Positions 47,501-60,286 of a DNA stretch of 64,000 nucleotides are shown piece by piece (position 1 is the first letter of the stretch; each line of letters begins with the position of its first letter). Source of the DNA: Selaginella moellendorffii (Eukaryota > Plantae > Lycopodiophyta). A program made the position numbers and the translations under genes. The notes under the pieces are model-generated. The model ran no database searches and was not told the origin of the DNA. It saw only the letters and a program-made list of their open reading frames with translations. Location: assembly GCF_000143415.4 (NCBI RefSeq), contig NW_003314274.1, forward strand, positions 1,564,851-1,628,850, read 5' to 3'.

Positions 47501-47780
47501 CACTTACTTGAACAAACGCTGGATGAAAGACGACCTGGGCCTTCTCTTGGATCACTGCCACAGCCGCTTCTTTGATGCCCGGGAGCCTCTTGAGGGCCTT
47601 CTCGATAGATCCGGCACAGGCAGTGCATTCCATGCCAGTTACCTTGAAGGACACGCTCTGGGTTTGCGCGGCGTCGATGTCCCGCCTGGGCGGAGAGGGA
47701 GGATACCTCGGCATGGACGGATAGCGAGCGAGCAGGGATTCCGAAAGCGAGGACTCATCGCGATCCTTGGGTAAAACCAT
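44578..47780 (-). CDS. HMA5: P1B-type Cu+-transporting ATPase (HMA5-like), multi-exon
   Basis: Metal-binding domains 'GMECTAC' and 'GMTCTSC'; 'ITGEARPV', '[13 protein letters not shown]', DKTGT, 'SEHPLAKA', '[10 protein letters not shown]', 'YN', 'MAASS'. The start may be at upstream in-frame ATGs (up to 47888). Confidence 0.95.
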
Positions 47781-49048
47781 GTAGATGCCGCAGCTCGACA
47801 TTGCCGGCCGCGCCACTGGATTGATCGATCTGGACATCGAAGATGAAATTTCAGGACGAAATCCTAGACTCCTGGGGATTTCCACCATACCCTAGGAGCT
47901 CCAAGATTGAAGACAATGCGCGCCTTCGCAATGCGCCGGGAGCTTGGGTTTGAAAAAAGCCCTCGACAATCTCTACCGTCGATACGAACTAGCCACGTGG
48001 CAAGATCTTATATAAAGATCTTGCATATTCTCTTATACTAAACTGCCCTAAGCTGCCCTATCCCACATGCTCAAGCGAAGATGAAATTTTCCACTTTATA
48101 TAGCAGTGAGTTTGTGAGGTAAGTACTTCTTGGGTTGTAGAGTATGCATCTGATGACCCGTCTGTGTGTCTCGAAGTATGAGTCATATTCCGACCCATGG
48201 AGTTTTTTGCAAATTTTTCTTACTATCCGGAAGAATGCGAGTTCTTCCTTTTTCCTTCGGGAAAATCTTCGTGGCTGCTTCGCTCCGCACAATTCGTGAC
48301 AAAAGCAAGCATAAAATACTCACACTGATCAAGTGAAACGCATTGAAACCACACCGGAAGGAAGAACTTTAATCGCATGGCCGGGGAGTCGCTCGTGACA
48401 AAATTCGAGAACCAAGTGATCTGGAGACATCCTCATGGCCATCGTGTTCTAAGATCAAATTCTTTTTCGAAAACCATGGTTAATCACTTTGCTCTCTAAA
48501 AACGAGGATTCCCTCTCGGAATTTCTCGTAATGATGGTGGCTTTACGAGAAGATCCAGTGGAGCATTTGGAAAATTCCATTTAAATCGCCGGAAAGCTCC
48601 AGATTGCCCAACGTTTGGTGGTATCCACGCATCCTGGCCGTCCAAATTCAAACGTAGGGATCCGTTCACACTGGATGTTTTGTTTTAGCGTGTGTTTAAG
48701 AGATTTTTTTTTATGTGTTTCAATAAAACCCTTGCTTGCGATCGAGCGGCAATGTTTTCGGGGCAAATCCCTAGCTCGTCGAAAAGTAAGACCGTATCGG
48801 CAGGGCAGGGCTAGATCTAGGCGCTTGGAGCTGGGCCTAGCGGGATCGGTACTGTGAGCTGGGATCAGGCGGCTGCGCCTGGCTCTGGATCTTTGCTGGA
48901 TCGGCGCTTCTGTGAGGTCGAAAATGCCGGATTTCCTAGCTGGGTGAGCGAAATTCTGGCTCCTCGATTCTTTCTAGGATGTAGAATGGGGGAGATTTAG
49001 TTCTAGGTTTGAGCGATAGACCAGATTTTTTGGCGCTAGTGAGCCAAG

Positions 49049-52000
49049 ATGGAGAATCTTCGCGTTTTGGCGGAGTCGATGCAGCAGGCATCGGCGCTTC
49101 TATCCGATCAGGAAGGAGAAGAATCGCTGGACCAGTACTCGAGTTTTCTCAGCGTGGTAGCTCTTGGTAACACTGTGAGTACTCAATTGGTTTTCGACTG
49201 TATCTCTCTTAGATTTGTGGAATGCAGGGCGCTGGAAAGTCAGCGGTTCTAAACAGCTTGATTGGCTACGCAGTGCTGGTAAGTTCTTTTTTTTTCCATC
49301 TCGGATGAAAAGTCTCTTTTGCTTGTGCAGCCAACCGGAGAGAATGGGGCAACCCGTGCACCTGTGACTATCGACCTGGAAGCTGACGATTCAGGAAATA
49401 AACGAGGGCTTACAGTACAGATGGAGGGCAAGTCTATGCAAGTTTCTGCAAGTAAGCTGGCTAAGGAAGCTTTGTCTTTGTACGAGAATCTAATGTGTTT
49501 TGTCTACTCCAGCCGACATACGACATTCTCTTCAAAACAAGTTTGGCAGAATGTCAACCGGTGCTGTGAAGGAAAATATCCATTTGAAATTGAAGTGTTC
49601 TTCAGGTAGATGTAGCAACCGATTCGAAATGTTACGCTAACTAAGCTCTTTATGTAGCACCACCCCTGAAGCTGGTCGATCTGCCTGGGCTTGAGAGTAG
49701 ATCAGTTAGCGATTCCCTGGTAACAAATCATATCTTTGTTATCTTAGTCACAGTTGATTGTTTGATATTGCAGGTCCGCGAGTACATCGACAGCAACGAT
49801 GCTCTTCTGCTCGTTGTGATTCCTGCTACTTCTGTGCGGGATATAACGGGATCGCAGGCCCTGAAAATTGCACAGGATATCGACCATGAAGGTTTGTTCT
49901 TGTGCCAGTACGGGTTTCTAGCTTAATTCTTTTCGTATTTGTAGGCTCAAGAACTGTTGGTGTCATCAGCAAGATTGACCAAGCGGCTTCGGATCCCAAA
50001 AGCTTAGCAGCAGTTCAAGCTGTTCTATCCGGACAAGGGCCGTCGATCACATCTAAGTTCACATGGATAGCTTTGATTGGTCAATCCGTCTCGATTGCTG
50101 GAGCTCATTCCAAAGACGATTCTTTGGAAACTGCTTGGAAGGCGGAAATGGAGTCTTTAAAATCCATTCTTGGCGGGGCATCGTCAAGTAGACTTGGAAG
50201 ATCTTCGTTAGTAGAGGCTATTGCGAAGCAGATTCGGCAACGGATGCAACAGCGTCTTCCCAGCCTCCTTTCCAGGTTTCTTCAAAGTCTGTAGCTAATG
50301 GTTATAATTTTCGTCTGCAATGTGTTCAGTCTGGAAGGGAGGTCACAAGACGTGGAGGAAGAGCTGGTAAGACTTGGTGAAAAGATGGTAGAAACGGAAG
50401 AAGGTACACGTGCGGTAGCACTAGAGCTTTGCCGTGAATTTGAGGACAAGTTTTTGGAGCATATCAACAGTGGAGAGGTGAGCTCTGACTTTAATCTTTT
50501 AATCTCCATATGCTTACGTTATATACAGGGAGGAAGTTATAAGGTTGTTACGAGTTTTGAAGGAACGCTACCAAATAGAATAAAACAGCTTCCACTTCAG
50601 GAGCTCTTTGACTTGAATGGTTTGAAAAAGGTGACCGAGCACGTGTTTTCCTGTACCATGCTAAACATTTTTTACAGGTCGTCTTGGAGGCCGATGGATA
50701 TCTGCCTTATCTTCTGTCACCTGAGAAAGGTTTGCGGGAGCTTATTCGTAGAGCATTGGACCTAGCAAAGGATCCAGCTAAAAGCTGCGTTGATGAGGTA
50801 ATTATAAAGCTTGAATGTTGTCAAAAACTTCTGATATTTGCGGAGTAAAGGTGCACAGAGTTCTAGTTGATATCGTTTCATCCGCAGCATCGGCTACTCC
50901 TGGTTTAGGAAGATTTCCACCTCTAAAACGCGAGGTATCTTCTTCTTTTCACTTTTTTGAAGCGCAACGTCTAAAATATTCTTCTTACAGATGATATCTG
51001 TTGCGAGTTCTGCGCTCGATGAATACCGTACAGAAGCTAAAAGGATGGTCGTTGATCTTGTGGACATGGAAAGAGCTTATATTCCACCTCAACATTTCAC
51101 GCGGCTTGTGCAACGCAGGTAAGAAGTCGGTTAACCAACGGACAGGCTCTTTACGCTTTTTAGTGTACAGGCTTGATAGAGTTCGTCGAGAGGATGAAGT
51201 GAAGAATAAAACGATGAAAAAAGCACAGGAAGCCGAACAGGCAATTCTTAACAAAGTAAGCCTCTGCACTTCTATATATTTTTACTGAGTAACTTTCATG
51301 CAGTCATCATATAACCCTGCTGCTCAAGCTAACGGGTCTTTAAAGTCCGCAAAGGACGGCGATGGAAAGGACGTGCCGGAGAGTTCAGGCGCGGAGAAAG
51401 ATAAAACTGGTAACTGTTTATGTTGTCACCTGCTGTTTCTGATAAGCTTTTGTGAAGGCTATTTGTCAAAAAGAAGTGCTACAAGTGCAGATACATGGAA
51501 TAAGCGATGGTTTGTTCTGAATGAAAAGTCAAATAAAGTAAGTAATGTACTGTTATTGGATCTGATTTTATAGTTTTTGCATTTTAGCTTGGATACATGA
51601 AAAAACCTGACGATAAGCGTTTCCAAGGAGTTATCAACCTTGAGGTATATACGATGCATTTGTCTTCGCCTGCTTATTGTTTGTAATTTCAGGAATGTTT
51701 GATTGAAGAGCTGTCTGAGGAAGAATTGGCAGAAGGACGTCCTTCTAAGTCTAAAGAGGCTTCAAAACAAGCCAATGGCCCCGAGCCTAATCTCACCATT
51801 AAAATAAGCAACAAGGTTGCTTATAAGACTGTTCTCAAAGGTAGATCATTATGTACTGCTACATGAGACTGAATTGTTACTTTTACTGCAGCTCAACATG
51901 TTGTTGTTCTCAAGGCTGAATCTATGGCAGAAAAAACGGAATGGATGACTAAGTTGAGACAATGTACTGATCAAGGGAAAGGTTCGTCAAAAGCAGTAGT

Positions 52001-52816
52001 CGAAGTGGTGACTCCTTTGAGAACGAGCATGTCTGATGGTGCATTGGTATGAACCCGACGTTTGCCTCTTTCGGGTGCTAACTTTGTTGCATCCAGGATA
52101 CTGTCATTACGAGAAGAGCAGATCCAGAAGAAGAGCTTCGGATCATGGCTCAAGAAGTTCGTGATTACGTGGAGGCAGTAATGAACAGTCTTTCAGCAAA
52201 CATCCCCAAGGTACGCTGGCAATTTGTTTGTGAATGCTGGACTAAAAATCGCTGCAGGCAGCAATATTTTGTCAGGTCGAAAGGTCCAAGGATTCAATGC
52301 TCAGCACGCTGTACAAGTCCATAAGGTTGTGGAGTTCTCCTTAGTTATCCTTCTTCTAACATTCCGCCATACAGTGCACTTCCTACTCCGACTATAAAAG
52401 AGCTCTTGCAAGAGGATGCTCAAGTAAAACGTCGAAGAGAGCGGTGCGAGCGCCAAGCCTCGGTACTGTCGCGACTTGTAAGACAATTGAGCAACAACGA
52501 GGCGCGAGTGACAATGAGCAACGGATACATCGAGGGAACGCAAAATGGTTTGCCTCTATATATTTCATACGTGTTGAGCTCATGAGAAAGTTTCGCCGCA
52601 GGATATCACGGTGGAGACGATTGGAGAGTAGCATTTGAAGAAGCAGCCAATTCTCCCTCTCCTCGAACACCAAGCGGCTTTTCTTCGTCTTCGCGCAGAT
52701 CTTTAACACCCCACCGCGGTGAAGCTCTAGAAAACGGCGACTCTTCTCGAAGAACTCCAACCAGGAGACCTCCTCCTCCAGTTCCAGGCATCGGGGTTCC
52801 AACATACAGACAATAG
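49049..52816 (+). CDS. DRP2: Dynamin-related protein 2 (GTPase, middle, PH, GED, proline-rich), many short exons
   Basis: 'VVALGNT|[13 protein letters not shown]', '[11 protein letters not shown]', 'LVDLPG', 'ISKIDQA'; PH 'GYLSKRS...[11 protein letters not shown]'; '[14 protein letters not shown]'; C-terminal 'RRPPPPVPG'. Confidence 0.95.
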
Positions 52817-52892
52817 AAATCCCGGTTTTCTCAGTAAAGTGATTCTTTATATGGCTTGGTACGTGATATCTTACCTTGAGTTCCTCGTTTCT

Positions 52893-54647
52893 CTAGACAG
52901 CCGAGAGTAGCGCATAGGCGGCCGAGTCCTTGGGATCAACCGCGACAACGTTTCGTGCTACTGCCTCGGCTCGTCTCACATCCTTGTGAGTTTTACAAGC
53001 CGCTAGAAGCGTCATCCAGGACACGAAGTCTGGGCAGTAAGGCATCGAATTCACAAGCTCCTCGGCGGCTTCTAGTTTTCCAGCCCTTCCGAGAAGATCG
53101 ACCAGGCAAACGAAGTGATCCAGCTTGGAAGAAACTCCATACTCGGCGACCATGGTGACGAAGTAGTGGACGCCATCGTCGAGGAGGCCCCCGTGGCTAC
53201 AGCCGTTAAGAATGCTGACGAAGGCGACTGAGTTAGCAGGAAATCCCTCGCATGTCATCGTCTGGAAAGTTTCCCGCGCTTGGCCGCTATGCCCGTTGTG
53301 GGCATATGCCGACACCATGGCAGTCCACGTCACGAGGTTTTCGCGTGGCGTGGCGGCTAGTACGGCCCTCGCCATGGCCAGGCTCCCGCACCGCCCGTAC
53401 ATGTGGATCGTGGCCGTTGATACCACCACGTCGCGATGGAAAGGCTCGTGAGCTGTGATGGCATCGACGTTCTTGCCGGTAGCGAGGTCTGTGGCGCCCG
53501 CGCACGCGTCCAAGACGCTGATCACTGTCACGGCGTTTGGCTCCACTCCATCCAGATCCATCCTTTGCAGGAGGGCAAAGGCTGGGCGCGATTGGCAGCA
53601 CTGGGAATGCGCGGCCGCCATCGCGTTCCAGGTGATAGAGTTCCGATGTGGAGAGCGATCGAAGAGATTTTGAGCGGCATCGGCGTTCTTGGCCTCGCCA
53701 TAGGCCCAGATCATCGTCGTCCAGGTCACAACATCGCGATCGGCATCGGGCATCGCATCGAACAGGTTCTTGGCGTCGGTAATCCGGGCCTTCTGGGAAT
53801 ACGCAGCGATCATCGCGTTCCAGGATGCGACTGGCCGGGGCTGTCGTAATCTCATGTCGAAGATTTCTCGCGCTTGATCCAGCTCCCCGCATTGCGAGTG
53901 GACCTGGATCATCGCGGTCCAGGCGATTGGATCTTTGAACGGCATTCTCTGGAACGCGATTTTGGCATCGTCAGGGCTGTGGCAGCGGTGATACATGTCC
54001 ACCAGGCTCGTCCCAAGCTCCACTCCACAATCCAGGCGATTCTCGGTGATAATCCTGTCCAGGCGGCGTCCTTCTTCCAGATCTTCAGCGTTTCCACACG
54101 CATCTAGCGCATTCACGAAGGTAATCTCGCTCGTCTTGCAGCCGTCGAGGCACATCAATCGGAACAAACGCAAGGCCTGAATGTTGTCCCCGTTCTTGGC
54201 GAAGGTGGCGATCATCGCATTCCAGGACACCACGTCTCGTCGCGGAATCTGATCGAAGAGGCTCCTCGCGCTCTCCAAATTTCCTGCGCGAGCAAAGGCC
54301 GTGAGCATCGAATTCCAAGAGGTACAGTCCTTTTCTTTCATCGATTGGAAGAGTTCCATGGCTTCTTCCAGGTGCCCATTCTGGGAATATGCTGCCAGCA
54401 GGATGTTCCACGAGTAGACATTCCGGGAAGGGATGGCATCGAAGATTCTCCTGGCCGTAGCCACGTCGCCACACTTGCCGTACATCTCTATCAGCGAGTT
54501 TAGCAGCAGACGGTCGTGGCTATGCGCTGTTAGTACGATCTGGGCGTGAATGTGGTGCGCCTGGACGAGATCCTTGCAGCTCTTGACGAGGCGGAGGTAC
54601 GATCTGAGCTCCAATTGCTGGCGATCGCCCAGATAGGTGCGCTCCAT
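52893..54647 (-). CDS. PLS-class PPR protein with E domain
   Basis: Intronless; repeated 'NSLIEMYGKCG', 'VVSWNAMIA', 'ILNGCSHGG', 'HFVCLVDLLGRAG' and 'WMTLLAACKTH'. The stop lies 76 bp from the convergent DRP2 stop. Confidence 0.93.
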   Translation of the reverse strand: MERTYLGDRQQLELRSYLRLVKSCKDLVQAHHIHAQIVLTAHSHDRLLLNSLIEMYGKCGDVATARRIFDAIPSRNVYSWNILLAAYSQNGHLEEAMELFQSMKEKDCTSWNSMLTAFARAGNLESARSLFDQIPRRDVVSWNAMIATFAKNGDNIQALRLFRLMCLDGCKTSEITFVNALDACGNAEDLEEGRRLDRIITENRLDCGVELGTSLVDMYHRCHSPDDAKIAFQRMPFKDPIAWTAMIQVHSQCGELDQAREIFDMRLRQPRPVASWNAMIAAYSQKARITDAKNLFDAMPDADRDVVTWTTMIWAYGEAKNADAAQNLFDRSPHRNSITWNAMAAAHSQCCQSRPAFALLQRMDLDGVEPNAVTVISVLDACAGATDLATGKNVDAITAHEPFHRDVVVSTATIHMYGRCGSLAMARAVLAATPRENLVTWTAMVSAYAHNGHSGQARETFQTMTCEGFPANSVAFVSILNGCSHGGLLDDGVHYFVTMVAEYGVSSKLDHFVCLVDLLGRAGKLEAAEELVNSMPYCPDFVSWMTLLAACKTHKDVRRAEAVARNVVAVDPKDSAAYALLSAV

Positions 54648-54898
54648 TGATCGACAGCATATAGTGGCGATCAAAATCGACGGCCGAGATCCGCAAGACT
54701 GTTAGTTGCTGCCACGAGTCAAGTTGCGAGGGACAAAAAGGGGTTCTTGGGGTTGGGACTTGGGAGCTGGCGTCTGGAGCAGCAGCGATGGGGCGGCAGC
54801 AGCAAGAAGTGTGGCATTTTTTCAAACCAGTCCCAGGTGTGATCCAATCCTTCGACGCATTGACGGCTTCCGCTATTTTTTTGGTTTTGCTAGGAGGC

Positions 54899-56189
54899 AT
54901 GGCTGTGGCTGACATCGTTCAAAGGGATGTCACAAAAGTCACCGTCGTGGGAGTTGGAAACGTGGGAATGGCTTGCGCTACATCCATTTTGTCGAAGGTT
55001 TTGTCTTGTTTCTTGTTTATTATTGTCTATCTCATCTGAGGTTTTACTGCACAGAGATTGTGCCGCTCGTTAGTTCTCATTGATGTTATGGGAGATAAGC
55101 TCAAGGGCGAGATGATGGATTTGCAGCATGCGGCAGCTTTCAATCCAAATGTTGACATTTGTGCGAGCACCGATTACGCGTAATTCTTTTTGCAAGCGCC
55201 AGTAGTTTTTCTGACGTTTTGCTTGGGCAGGAATACACGTAACTCTCAGATTTGCATCATCACGGCCGGGGCGAAACAAAAGAGTCACGATGAATCTAGG
55301 CTTGCTCTGGTAAGCGAAGATCTATAGAGATATTTGTAGTGACTTCTCTATTACAGGTCCAAAGCAATGTAGAGCTGCTGAGGAAGATCATTCCCGAACT
55401 ACTCAAGTACAGTCCTGACACGCTGTTATTGGTGGTCTCGAACCCCGTGGATATCTTGACTTACGTCTCCTGGAAGATCTCGGGACTTCCTGCGAGCCGG
55501 GTGCTTGGTAAGTTGATGTGTCTTTTCATCTTCTAAGAGATTTTGATCCTGCAGGAAGTGGCACGAATCTGGACTCGTCGAGATTCAGGTTTCTGATATC
55601 CAGCCGTATGGATGTCAGCTCAAAGAACGTGCACGGCTACATCATAGGCGAGCACGGTGATAGCAGCGTCCCTGTTTGGTCGAGCGTCAACGTTGCGGGG
55701 GTGCCTCTTCTCAATTTTATTGAGAAAGAAGGGCTTGAAAGCGAGGCTGAAAAGATCAACCAAGAGGTTAGAGTGTACCAGCAGGATTTTCTTACTCTGT
55801 TTCATCTCGTCCGCTTGAAACAGGTGGTGAAGTCCGCTTACGAAATTATCAAGTTCAAAGGCTACACGAACTGGGCTATTGGGGCATCCGTTGCGGACAT
55901 CGTTCACAGCTTGATTCGGTAATGAATTGCCAACTCTTTCTTTTATGTCTTTGTGGCTGATGGCCTTTGTCGTGCTGCATGCAGAGATGAGAAGGCGATC
56001 CATCCGGTGTCAATCATAGCGAAAGGGAGGCATGGCATTGAGCACGATGTGTTCCTCAGCCTGCCGTGTGTTCTTGGGAGGAACGGTGTTCTTCATATCG
56101 TGGAACAGACTCTCACCGAGAACGAGGTTCTCAAACTCAAGGAGTCTGCTCAGTCACTCTGGGATGTCGTCAAGAATGTGGAGCTCTAG
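54899..56189 (+). CDS. LDH: L-lactate dehydrogenase, multi-exon
   Basis: '[15 protein letters not shown]', '[10 protein letters not shown]', 'ITAGAKQ...ESRL', '[11 protein letters not shown]', '[12 protein letters not shown]', '[13 protein letters not shown]', 'KGYTNWAIG', '[10 protein letters not shown]'. Confidence 0.93.
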
Positions 56190-56293
56190 AGCTTAGGCTG
56201 TGGTTTCTTTGTCCTTTTTTCTTTTCGTTTTATGACAGCGGCTTGTCGTTACTGTGCATTTATTCTCTAGGGTTCTCCAAGGAGCTAGGAGCG

Positions 56294-56838
56294 ATGGCAT
56301 GCGCCTTCTTCAATCCTGTAAGCTGGGTTCTTTCTGCTTCTTAAAGTTTGCTAACATTTCTTTTTTTCTTTTCTCCTACGCAGTGTGTGGCGACTGGTGC
56401 TAAGAATGTCTGCTACGCTCCAGCTGCATCGTCTTCGCCGCTCAAGCTGGTATGCATGAAGCAGCCCATGGACGAAATACGAAAAATGTCTGATGGAGCC
56501 ATTGAGGAGGCTCTGGAAGGCGTCAGGGAGAAGCTCTTGGCAATGCGTTCCTTGAAAGAGGGGGAGAGGCTGCATAAGCCCCGGACGTATCGTCGTCTCC
56601 AAATCAGAGTAAGCTTGGTGGGAAGAGTCTCTATGGGTGCTGAATGTCGATTTGTGGACAGTTCTCTCGATTGATGGCTGTGAAAAGAGAACGAGACCTG
56701 GAGCGGGGCATCAGGCCGCTTGAGTCGAGAACGCTGCGGCGGGCTTTCCGGAGGAGCCTGCTCTTGGATTTGGACGTCGAGAACCCGGAAGAACAATCAC
56801 AGCAAGGCTCTCTCGAAGGTACATACTTCGATCAGTAG
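56294..56838 (+). CDS. Divergent plastid ribosomal protein L29-like, 3 exons
   Basis: Transit-peptide-like N-terminus, then 'EIRKMSDGAIEEALEGVREKLLAMR...KPRTYRRLQIR|FSRLMAVKRERDLERGIRPLESRTLRRAFRRS', which matches the plastid uL29 pattern. Confidence 0.7.
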
Positions 56839-57949
56839 AAGCCTCGATGCTTAAGATGATTATGGTAGAAATATTTTTGATTTCCCATGGCCATGCTGTT
56901 GGAAGATAAGATCCTGAAACTTTGTTCCAGTTACCAACGAGGGAATGCTCGTAGATCCAGCAGTTGCCTTGGTCATCATGCTTTTTTCAAAGCATTTGGA
57001 TTCGAGAGTTTATACGAGTTCTACTATATATGCGTTTTGTTTCAAGAGCTTTACTCTTTTCTTTAGGTGCGTTTCTCTTTGAGGATGTTTTTCGTGGCGT
57101 TCGCAAAGACCTGCACAACCCCGGTGCTGCTCGTCGTCGGTCTTGCAGTCCTGGCGCTCTTTGCAATTGTCGGGATCTGATACAGCGTTTTGGTGGCGAC
57201 GATGGTGCCAGAGAACTTGGCAGCGGCACTATCACTAGCAAATGCTAGCCAAGGTAAAACTTGTTTATAGGTACACAGTAATGAATGGGAAGTGGAAGAT
57301 CTGGATGGAGACCGGATTGGACGTCTCTTTTCCTTGAGATAAGAGGAGGCTCTTTGTGATTATCCACTACCTCTCTATCGTGCTTATACACTGGCTAGGT
57401 GCCCTTTACGAGAATCCGAGCGAGCGAGCGAGCTTTTGCTCGCAGGCAATCTCTCAACTAGGTTCGTCCATTCTTTTTACCAAAGATCATATCGGCCTTG
57501 GCGTACATATGATTTTCTGATTCGACCATATCTTCAAGAAAAAGCAAAAGTTCAAGGTGGTGCTATGGCGGAAAAGACTTATCATGGAAAAGAATCGAAA
57601 CTTTAGCTTCCATTTCCTATCAGCCGGTGCCTGAAGACTTACACGTCGTGCAGTGAGCGAAAGCAACGCCTTCCTAGCCACGATCCAACCCCGGCTTGCT
57701 GATAATCAGCGAGTCTTTCAGCACGTAATTCTTGAGGCTTCAGTCCTGTGAGCTCAAACTTTCTGGAGCGCCACACCTACCAATCAGGAATAAGGAATAA
57801 ATCTCTAAAACACTTGAAGCAAAAACCTGCCCACCAGATTTTTGGCTACTCTCGCGGGAGTGAAAAACTTGAGGCATTCCTCGAGAATGTTCGTTGATCT
57901 CGCTTGCATTTTGCCCAGTGAGATCGACTCGTGATCGCCCTCTAAAAAC

Positions 57950-58410
57950 TAAAAGAAACCATTTTCCATTAGTGCCAAGATCAACGTATTTCCAAAGAGC
58001 AGTGTTCCATGAACAAGATCCTGGCCCCCCGTTCCGGTAAAGGCGTGCATCATGGACGCAAATGAGGAGATTTCCCAGTGTGGAACGCGATCAAAAACGG
58101 CTCCATAGCCGGGGCATTCCATCAAAATGAGCTTTTACTTCTTCCTGGAGGCATGAAGCGCATGAAGAAGGAAAACTTTCGAGCATGGCAGTCCAAGCTC
58201 GGCATCTTTTCAAACACACTCTTGGCTCTCCGCAAATTGCTCGCCATGAACCCAGAGGTCCGAATTCTCACACTTCTTTGCGGAATTCTTTCGAACATTC
58301 TCTCGGCTTCCACGAGGCCGTCTTGGCGTCCTCCACATCGCCGCCATAGTACGCCAGTGCCCGTCTCTATTGCGTTTTCAAAACGAGCGCATTGGTCAAT
58401 ACGCCATGTC
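57950..58410 (-). pseudogene. PPR gene relic
   Basis: 'EAERMFERIPQR', 'NLRRAKSVFEKMP' and an 'SWNT' remnant, with frameshifts. Confidence 0.55.
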
Positions 58411-58869
58411 GTGAAACAAATCTAAAGCGACACTAACACCATAGCGCTAGATGCAATGGCCATAACTTTAAAAACAAATTCTAAAAACTAGAGGAAAACA
58501 CACTCTATGTAAGGTTGGAAGATTCCACGAATGCTTGTTGCCATAGGGAATCCCAATAATACAGCAAATGCCCTTTGCAGGCAACACATTTACCATACAT
58601 TTGTATGAGAGCGATAGAAACTTACTACCAATCTTTCCAGCCATGAAAATCAATGCTACAAATATATGCTGGATAGGAGTATCGATCTCCTTTTCCACAA
58701 TGAAAGTTTCTGGATCATCGTCACAGCTCTCCGAGCTGGATTTAAAACTATAAGACGGGAAGCGAGCTTCTAAATCTGGTGATCGTCATCCTTCTCACCG
58801 GTCGTGCTTGCAGAGCCCTGCGTAACGTAAGGAGCAACTTCGTGGATCCAGACATTGCAGAAAGATACA

Positions 58870-59220
58870 CTGCTGCGTAGATGTTGGCGAGGAGCACGCA
58901 TTTCGTACTCCACTCCCTCGGGCGGAACGCCATAGTGGTGATGAGCTCCTCGGCAAGTTCAAGGCGGCCGGATCATCCGAGGCTGTCCACCTGTCAGAGT
59001 TTTGCGAGATGATCGCGCACGCCACGCTCCGCGCTGAACAGCACTGTGACTCCCGCGCCGCCTCCCTTTCCACGCCGCCACCAGCCGCCCTGGACCAGCC
59101 TGCCGCAAATGCGCGCTAGTTTGCTGTGTTTGTGCCTGATCCGCCATAGGAGCTCTCGCAGCCAAGAAAAAGCAAAAGATCTGTCATCCAATATCAGTAG
59201 AAATAGTCCAACAAAAAATG
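58870..59220 (-). pseudogene. PPR C-terminal/E-domain relic
   Basis: Minus strand reads 'LG*SGRLELAEELITTMAFRP...CVLLANIYAA'. Confidence 0.55.
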
Positions 59221-59271
59221 ATATTATTCTTTTGCCATGGGCAAACAATGTTATTGCTTGGAATCAGTAGT

Positions 59272-60286
59272 CTAGAATGTCCTGGTAGAGTTTTGCTTTT
59301 GTTCCATTCTCCCGATCTCCACATCAGCCTTGCTTGTTGAGCGGGTATCACCTTCGACTTGTTGGGCAGGCTTGCGGTAGCAAAAGTACAAGATCATTTG
59401 GAAAATTCCTCCAGCCAGCCCCAGTGTATTTGGAATCTAAGAATCCAAAATACTAAGATTAAGAGTGCTATTAACAATCAAACTTACAATAATGTAGATA
59501 TCCATAAGCAAAAAGGCATAGATGGTCCAGAAGGAGCTGTTGATCAGCACCATGAGTGACAATAGAAAAGGCATGTATTCATTGCTTTTAGTCTTGATCA
59601 CTAGCCACTGCAAAAGAGAGCGCAAAGATCAATACCCAAAGATCCAAGGAAATCAATTTATCTCACCATAACCGATAGTGGTGCATAGTACATTCCAATG
59701 TTGAGAACCACGCATGAAATCCCAAGGATGGTAATCCTGGTGGCTTTACTGTGAACACCAAGGATCACTCCTGCGCCCAATGCAGCCGTGGCCACAATAT
59801 CAAACACGAAGATGCCCAAAATCTTTCTCTGCATAATAGAATCAAGGATCATCAATGACTATTTCATCCAGAAGAAAGAAAAAACCCCAAAAAAAGGAGA
59901 GATATTTCCTTGGCTCACCCGAGCAGCCCAGGACGAAGCATAGTAGAGGAAGAGGAGAATGTAGACGGTCTGGATGACGATCCCGGAGCTATTGATCGTC
60001 ATCACCAGGACGTTGCCCTTGTTGACGGGGAGGCCGTACAGGACCCAAAGCAAGCAATTAAGCAGGGTGGTGACATAAGGTATCCCAGAGAAGTCGAGGG
60101 TGGATTTCTTCTTCCTGATCGTGTTGAAAGTTTTCCTGGGGGTGATTGATTCGATTAGCACCACAAAAGAGATCAGCATGCATGCAGGTGATAATCTGAT
60201 TGAAAAAGTCCTCACGCTGGTACGAGGAACAAAACGAGGGCGGCAATGTTGCCGCAAATCCCAATGATCGTATCGGCTACACCCAT
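59272..60286 (-). CDS. SWEET: SWEET sugar transporter (MtN3/saliva), 5 exons
   Basis: 'GICGNIAALVLFLVPA|KTF..IRKKKST.DFSGIPYVTTLLNCLLWVLYGLP', 'MYYAPLSVM', 'VIKTKSNEYMPFLLSL', 'IPNTLG...QMILY'. Confidence 0.95.

Noticed and set aside
48000-48024. 10-bp inverted repeat around TATA (gcaagatctt-atata-aagatcttgc) as a copper-response element
   Set aside because: Not the clustered GTAC motif used by SPL7-type regulators; too short to assign a function.
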